The translations under genes were made by a program, and so were the position numbers. Positions 37,295-42,811 of a stretch of DNA of 42,811 nt are shown piece by piece. Where the stretch lies: NCBI GenBank assembly GCA_002774795.1, contig PCYI01000019.1, positions 65,480 to 108,290 of the forward strand, read 5' to 3'. This stretch comes from Candidatus Vogelbacteria bacterium CG10_big_fil_rev_8_21_14_0_10_51_16. Its GTDB lineage: Bacteria > Patescibacteriota > Minisyncoccia > Phycocordibacterales > JACRKE01. The notes under the pieces were generated by a model that saw nothing but the letters and a program-made list of their open reading frames with translations, was not told the DNA's origin and ran no database searches. Each line of letters opens with the position of its first letter. The first letter of the stretch is position 1.

Positions 37295-40165
37295 TCAACC
37301 TGTCACTATGTTTATTAGCTTATTTGGGATGTAGATTACTTTTGTGACAGTACGTCCCTCAAGCCACTTCTGCATCTTTGGGCGAGCGAGGGCCTGCTCC
37401 CTAGCGGACGTTTCATCCAGCTCTTCTTTGGTGATAAAGGTGTCGCGGCTTTTGCCGTCTATCTGCACCGCGATCACATGCTCGTCCGACACCAGTTTGG
37501 CGGGGTCGTAGACGGGCCAGGAAGACCGGTGAACAGAGTCCGTATTCCCAAGCGCCTGCCACAACTCTTCAGCCATATGAGGGGCGAAAGGTGCCAGCAC
37601 TCTCAATAAAGCCATATAGGTTGACCTGGAAATAGTGCCCATTTTTTCGACTCCATTTACCAAAATCATCATGGCAGAGACCGCTGTGTTGAATTTGAAT
37701 TCAGCAATGTCCTCCCCCGCCTTCTTTATTGTCTGATGGAGAAGGCGCTCTTCCTCTGGCGGAGTCTCGACATTCTTGACCTTCTCTCGCAGACTCCAGA
37801 TGCGTTCCAAAAATCTGCGCACTCCAATGATGCTTTTCGTTTGCCAAGCGATGGCGTTTTCAAATGGGCCCATAAACATCTCGTAGAGTCTCAAGCTGTC
37901 CGCTCCATAAGTAGAGACAATATCGTCGGGATTGATGACATTTCCCCAGCGCTTAGCCATCTTTCGTCCGTCCTCGGCGAGGATAAATCCAAGAAATTCC
38001 AGACGAGCAAACGGCTCGGAGGTGCTCACTACTCCTATGTCGTGCAGAAATTTGTGCCAAAAACGGGCATAAATCAGATGTCGAACGGCGTGGTCTCCAC
38101 CAACATATACATCGACGGGGCTCCAGTATTTCTCTGCTTGTGGCGATACAAGCTGCCTGTCGTTATGAGGATCCATAAAGCGTAGGTAGTACCAGCTGGA
38201 GCCCGCCCACTGCGGCATCGTGTTGGTCTCTCGCTTCCCTGCGCCTCCGCAACTCGGGCAGACGGTATTTACCCACTCATCAATATTGGCCAAGGGTGAC
38301 TCCCCTGTTCCAGTCGGTGCATACTGTTCCACCGGGGGCAAGGTGATGGGCAAGTCGTCTTCGCTCACGGGCACAACACCACAGAGTAAGCAATGAATGA
38401 CGGGAATGGGCTCACCCCAATAACGCTGGCGGGAAAACACCCAATCGCGAAGTTTGTAAGTCGTTTTTGGCGCGGCTTTGATTTTCTTGGCTATTGTCTC
38501 CCGCCCCTCCGCACTGGTAAGACCACTGAACTCGCCGGAATCACTCAACACTCCTTCTCCAGTATAGGCAACATCGCCTGATAGCATCATGCGTTCAATC
38601 CAGAGCGGCATTTCGGTGTTGACCATTGTACCGGGGACAAAATGGTTCGCGTCGACCCAGAGCACTTCATTGTCGTCGGCGATTTCGTCAGTGATGGGTA
38701 CCCTCTTGTGACCCACAAGCTCAAAGTACACCCCGGTAGTAACTGCCACCCGATTCTCGTCTTTGTGCTTGGCGAAGTACGAGGCCTGAACCGGCGCCCC
38801 CAGGGTGCGCTTGTAGATTAGATTAGTGTAGCCACTTTCTTCCTCCACCTCCCGTCTGGCGGCTGCGACCGGGTCTTCCCCATCTTCAATCCCGCCTATG
38901 ATAATTGTGTCCCAGCCCTGCTTTTCATTCCTCAAGATGAGGTATTTATTTTCTTTGGGGTCAAAGACTATCGCGTGGACATTTCTGCGTGTTTTTGATG
39001 GTTTGTCCACCCGAGGTGGATTTACCTTGTAATCAACAAGGTGGGGCATGACAACATGCTTTATGGGCAGACCATACTTTTTGGCAAAAGCGTGGTCTCG
39101 CTCGTCGTGGGCCGGTACTGCCATCACTGCCCCGGTGCCGTAGTGTCCAAGTACGTAGTCGGCCACCCAGACGGAAATCTCCTCGCCCGTGGCGGGATTA
39201 ATCGCCTTTATTCCCTTGAGCTCCACCCCTGTCTTCTCCTTATCCACGGATGTCCGCTCTATCTCTGTTTTCTTTTTGCAGTCATCCAGATATTGTTGCA
39301 CCTCTTTGGAGTTTTGTGCTTTGTGCTTTGTGCTTTCTACAAAGGGGTTCTCCGGCGCCACAACCAGATAGGTGGCCCCATAAATGGTATCAAGGCGCGT
39401 TGTGAACACCTTTATGCTTTTGTGCTCCGCGCTTTGTGCTTTGTGCTTTGTGGAGTTTGCCAGAGTAAATTCCACTTCGTGTCCTTCGCTCCTCCCTATC
39501 CAATTCCGTTGAGCCGTCTTGATGGAGTCCGGCCAGTCAAGGAGGTCTAAATCCTTAATCAAACGGTCTGCATAGTCGGTAATCTTGAGCACCCACTGGC
39601 GCATGGGCTTCTTCTCCGCTTCGCTGTCACATCTCTCGCACCGGCCTCCGTCGAGGTCTTCATTTGCGAGGCCCGTCTGGCACGATGGGCACCAGTTTAT
39701 CGGCTCGTGTGATTCGAATGCCAGACCTTTCTCAAGCAGTTTTAGGAAAATCCACTGGGTCCATTTATAGTACGCTGGGTCTGTCGTATTTATCTCCCGT
39801 GACCAATCGTAGTCAAAGCCGATGATAGAAAGTTGTTCTTTGAAGCGAGCGATATTCTTTTTCACAGCGGCGCTTGGATGCACTTTATTTTTGATGGCGA
39901 AGTTTTCGGCGGGCAGGCCAAAGGCGTCCCAACCCATGGGGTGCAAGACGTTAAATCCGTTCATCCGCTTAAAGCGCGAGTAGATGTCTGAGGCTATGTA
40001 CCCCTTTGGATGCCCCACATGGAGGCCTTCGCCGGAAGGGTACGGAAACATATCGAGTACATAGTGTTTTGGCTTGGAAGATGTGTCTTCAGTTTTGTAG
40101 ACCTGATCCTTTTCCCACTGCTCCTGCCACTTCTCTTCTATTTTTTTATGGTCGTATGCTTCCAT
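37295..40165 (-). CDS. leuS: Leucine-tRNA ligase with inserted Nudix hydrolase domain
   Basis: MFPYPSG.GLHVGH, MGWDAFGLPAEN, GTGAVMAVPAHDERD, LRDWVFSRQRYWGEPIP and KMAKR (KMSKS variant). Nudix box GGIEDGEDPVAAARREVEEESG. Confidence 0.97.
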   Translation of the reverse strand: MEAYDHKKIEEKWQEQWEKDQVYKTEDTSSKPKHYVLDMFPYPSGEGLHVGHPKGYIASDIYSRFKRMNGFNVLHPMGWDAFGLPAENFAIKNKVHPSAAVKKNIARFKEQLSIIGFDYDWSREINTTDPAYYKWTQWIFLKLLEKGLAFESHEPINWCPSCQTGLANEDLDGGRCERCDSEAEKKPMRQWVLKITDYADRLIKDLDLLDWPDSIKTAQRNWIGRSEGHEVEFTLANSTKHKAQSAEHKSIKVFTTRLDTIYGATYLVVAPENPFVESTKHKAQNSKEVQQYLDDCKKKTEIERTSVDKEKTGVELKGIKAINPATGEEISVWVADYVLGHYGTGAVMAVPAHDERDHAFAKKYGLPIKHVVMPHLVDYKVNPPRVDKPSKTRRNVHAIVFDPKENKYLILRNEKQGWDTIIIGGIEDGEDPVAAARREVEEESGYTNLIYKRTLGAPVQASYFAKHKDENRVAVTTGVYFELVGHKRVPITDEIADDNEVLWVDANHFVPGTMVNTEMPLWIERMMLSGDVAYTGEGVLSDSGEFSGLTSAEGRETIAKKIKAAPKTTYKLRDWVFSRQRYWGEPIPVIHCLLCGVVPVSEDDLPITLPPVEQYAPTGTGESPLANIDEWVNTVCPSCGGAGKRETNTMPQWAGSSWYYLRFMDPHNDRQLVSPQAEKYWSPVDVYVGGDHAVRHLIYARFWHKFLHDIGVVSTSEPFARLEFLGFILAEDGRKMAKRWGNVINPDDIVSTYGADSLRLYEMFMGPFENAIAWQTKSIIGVRRFLERIWSLREKVKNVETPPEEERLLHQTIKKAGEDIAEFKFNTAVSAMMILVNGVEKMGTISRSTYMALLRVLAPFAPHMAEELWQALGNTDSVHRSSWPVYDPAKLVSDEHVIAVQIDGKSRDTFITKEELDETSAREQALARPKMQKWLEGRTVTKVIYIPNKLINIVTG

Positions 40166-40286
40166 TGATATTATAACTTATCTAGTCTCTCCACAATACA
40201 ATTTTATGCTTGAATAGGCAAACCTTTTGTTGGTGGTTGTGCTATGCTGTCCATAGGATAGTAGCGCAATTGAAAGGATGTGCGAA

Positions 40287-40619
40287 ATGCGCAAAGAAGA
40301 TTTTAGAGTCGTCACGACTCCGTATGTTGAGGTTGTGGTCCGAAGAGGAGTGGGATCGGGTCTCCTGCTGGAGCTCGAGCCGAACCGCCCTGACATCGTC
40401 GGCTTCTTTACAGAGATCCTCAGAGAGCGTCGTGGGGAAAGTACGGAAAACTCCGAGCACGTGTTGATGCCCGGGTGCCAACACGGTACATTTAGAATCT
40501 TCCGAGATGGCACTGTCCAGTGCGACCCGGAAGTCAGGCACGACTTCGTGGTCGCCCTGGCACGGCGCTGGAGGCGATCTCGAGAAGAGTTAGACAGACG
40601 CAACGGGACGTCAGGGTAA
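40287..40619 (+). CDS. Hypothetical protein divergent from leuS
   Basis: gaaagga spaced before ATG 40287; upstream TG-c-TATGCT extended -10. Confidence 0.5.
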   Translation: MRKEDFRVVTTPYVEVVVRRGVGSGLLLELEPNRPDIVGFFTEILRERRGESTENSEHVLMPGCQHGTFRIFRDGTVQCDPEVRHDFVVALARRWRRSREELDRRNGTSG

Positions 40620-40704
40620 GAAAGGAGGTGGCTATGGCCTTACCATGGTGTAGCCTCCTGTACAAAAAGGGCCGAGCGCAAAGCGCCGGCCCAATCTGTT
40701 TATG

Positions 40705-40803
40705 CCGTTTAGTAAACTAACGGCACTATTTCAATGACTCGATTCCGCGACCTTCCGCGTTAAGTCCGCGTGTGTCTGCGAGATCCGTTTAGTAAACTAA
40801 TGG
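40705..40803. repeat. Two 19-bp quasi-palindromic direct repeats bracketing a TCCGCG array
   Basis: ccgtttagtaaactaacgg (40705-40723) and ccgtttagtaaactaatgg (40785-40803). Between them tccgcg x3 and tctgcg occur at 10-11 nt spacing. Confidence 0.7.
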
Positions 40804-40805
40804 AA

Positions 40806-42811
40806 CTAAAGCATAATCAGCACCAGCAGAATGGCCACGATATTTGCGATTTTTATCATGGGATTGATGGCTGGCCCGGCGGTATCTTTGTATGGGTCAC
40901 CCACTGTGTCGCCCGTGACGGCCGCCGCGTGCGCGGGGCTTCCCTTGCCTCCATGATTTCCTGACTCAATGTGTTTCTTCGCGTTATCCCAAGCGGCTCC
41001 GCCTTTAGTCATAGAGAGAGCCAGGAATAGACCGGTCACAATGGTGCCTATTAAAAGCCCGCCGAGCGCCTCAAAACCAAGGAAGAAACCGACCAAAAGC
41101 GGCACCACAATAGGTATTAGAGCGGGTGCGATCATTTTTCGTAGAGACGCTTTGGTAACAATGTCTACGCAGGTTCCATATTCCGGTTTAGCCGTTCCCT
41201 CCATAATACCCGGAATCTCTCGGAACTGACGACGCACCTCTTCCACCACGCTTCCCGCTGTTTTTCCCACCGCCTCCATGGCCATGGCCGCGAATATGTA
41301 GGTGATGAGGCCTCCCAAAAAGAGACCGACGATAACAGAAGGATTAGAGAGGTCAAAAAAGATAGCTCCCTTTTGCAGGGCAATCTCCTGAGTATATGCG
41401 GAAAAGAGGACAAGCGAAGCTAATCCAGCCGAGGCAATGGCGTAACCCTTAGTGACCGCTTTAGTGGTGTTGCCGACAGCATCCAGTGGGTCTGTAATAG
41501 CGCGGACATCTTCTGAAAGCCCTGCCATTTCGGCAATCCCACCAGCGTTATCAGTGATAGGACCATAGGCGTCTATGGTGACAATCATGCCAGCGAGTGA
41601 AAGCATTGCCACCGAGGCGAGGGCGATACCATACAGCTCAGCAATGTTATAGGCACCAATGATAGCAATAACTATTACCAAAACAGGGAGTGCGGTGGCC
41701 CGCATCGAGAGAGCAAGACCGGCAATGATGTTTGTGCCGTGGCCGGTCTCTGATGCCTTGGCCAGATTACGTACCGGAGCATATTCGGTACCTGTGTAGT
41801 ATTCCGTGATTTTAATAATGAGGAAGGTGACTACAAAGCCAAGAATTACAGAGGACAGTATTTGGTTCTGGGTAAGCGGAAGGAAAAGCTCCGGATACCA
41901 TTGTGTCATAACCGCAAAACCGATGAGAGCAAACATGCCCGTAGCGGCCGCACCTTTATAGAGCGCCCCCATAATTCTTTTTGGGTTCTTGAGGGCGATA
42001 AACCAAGAGCCCACAATTGTGGCGACAAGGGAGATGGCTCCTATAACAAGAGGAAGTAAAACAATATTTTGTAGTGCGAGCTCGCTTATCCCGGCACCAA
42101 AGGTAAGCTCACCCAATACCATAGCCGAGATGATAGTGACCACGTAAGTCTCAAAAAGGTCTGCCGCCATGCCCGCGCAGTCACCGACGTTGTCGCCTAC
42201 GTTATCAGCAATGACCGCCGGGTTGCGGGGGTCATCTTCGGGGATACCGGCCTCCACTTTGCCCACAAGGTCCGCCCCGACGTCCGCGGCCTTGGTGTAA
42301 ATGCCACCCCCGAGGCGAGCGAAGACGGAAAGAAGGCTACCTCCAAACGCGAGGCCGATTAGGGCTGACAGGTCGTTTGTGATGCCATAGAAGCCGGCTA
42401 CGGCCAAAAGCGATAGAGATGCCACAAATATACCCGTCACTCCCCCGCCCCGGGTGGCGACCGCGAACGCTTCTCTCATCCCCACTGTGGCCGCTTGGGT
42501 GGTACGCACGTTTGCTCGTACAGATACCATCATGCCAATGTATCCAGCTAGAGCGGAAAGCATGGCGCCAACCAGAAAACCAATTGCGGTATTCAAGCCG
42601 AGTAGATACCAGAGGATAAGGGCGAGCCCGACTCCGACAGGCAAAAGCACGACGTATTGACGGTGAAGAAAGGCGGCCGCCCCTTCTTGGATGGCCTTTG
42701 CGATCTCGTTCATTTTTTCGTTACCGGCCGGCTGTTTCATGACCCAGTAAATCATGTAGATGCCGTAAACTACGCCAATACCGGAACACGCGAGCACAAA
42801 AGTGATTAAAT
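40806..42811 (-). CDS. hppA: Membrane-bound H+-translocating pyrophosphatase, probably K+-independent; 5' end outside window
   Basis: [51 protein letters not shown] and [11 protein letters not shown]. The frame stays open to the window edge. Confidence 0.96.
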   Translation of the reverse strand, partial: LITFVLACSGIGVVYGIYMIYWVMKQPAGNEKMNEIAKAIQEGAAAFLHRQYVVLLPVGVGLALILWYLLGLNTAIGFLVGAMLSALAGYIGMMVSVRANVRTTQAATVGMREAFAVATRGGGVTGIFVASLSLLAVAGFYGITNDLSALIGLAFGGSLLSVFARLGGGIYTKAADVGADLVGKVEAGIPEDDPRNPAVIADNVGDNVGDCAGMAADLFETYVVTIISAMVLGELTFGAGISELALQNIVLLPLVIGAISLVATIVGSWFIALKNPKRIMGALYKGAAATGMFALIGFAVMTQWYPELFLPLTQNQILSSVILGFVVTFLIIKITEYYTGTEYAPVRNLAKASETGHGTNIIAGLALSMRATALPVLVIVIAIIGAYNIAELYGIALASVAMLSLAGMIVTIDAYGPITDNAGGIAEMAGLSEDVRAITDPLDAVGNTTKAVTKGYAIASAGLASLVLFSAYTQEIALQKGAIFFDLSNPSVIVGLFLGGLITYIFAAMAMEAVGKTAGSVVEEVRRQFREIPGIMEGTAKPEYGTCVDIVTKASLRKMIAPALIPIVVPLLVGFFLGFEALGGLLIGTIVTGLFLALSMTKGGAAWDNAKKHIESGNHGGKGSPAHAAAVTGDTVGDPYKDTAGPAINPMIKIANIVAILLVLIML

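Overview
Bacterial chromosome segment with almost all core genes on the minus strand. It is probably Patescibacteria/CPR (Parcubacteria-like). This is an inference from the C-terminally short AlaRS, the AspRS lacking the GAD insert, the sigma4-HTH/winged-helix protein and the FtsA-like/baseplate-J-like pair. Core genes in transcription order (right to left): hppA (5'-truncated), leuS (with an inserted Nudix domain), HTH regulator, membrane hypothetical, mltG, mnmA, alaS, FtsA-like gene and partner, infA-rpmJ-rpsM-rpsK-rpsD-rpoA-rplQ-rplM-rpsI, grpE-dnaK-dnaJ, plsC-like, cls-like, DHH phosphoesterase, trpS, aspS, scpA, scpB, dacA-like, mraY, ATP-grasp ligase, ftsW, murG, M23 peptidase. Three orphan-gene islets (11.7-13.5, 30.5-32.0, 40.3-40.7 kb) carry strong Shine-Dalgarno sites, while several core genes look leaderless. 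The most striking signal is a dense set of small non-coding repeats. First, 7-nt-period arrays of about eight unit families, usually as inverted pairs, lie between genes and in frame inside mnmA and leuS. Second, there are nested REP-like palindromes. Third, there is a 118-bp MITE with 16-bp TIRs and a 5-bp target duplication. No transposase, tRNA, rRNA or CRISPR array was seen. All calls come from reading motifs by eye; no searches were run.
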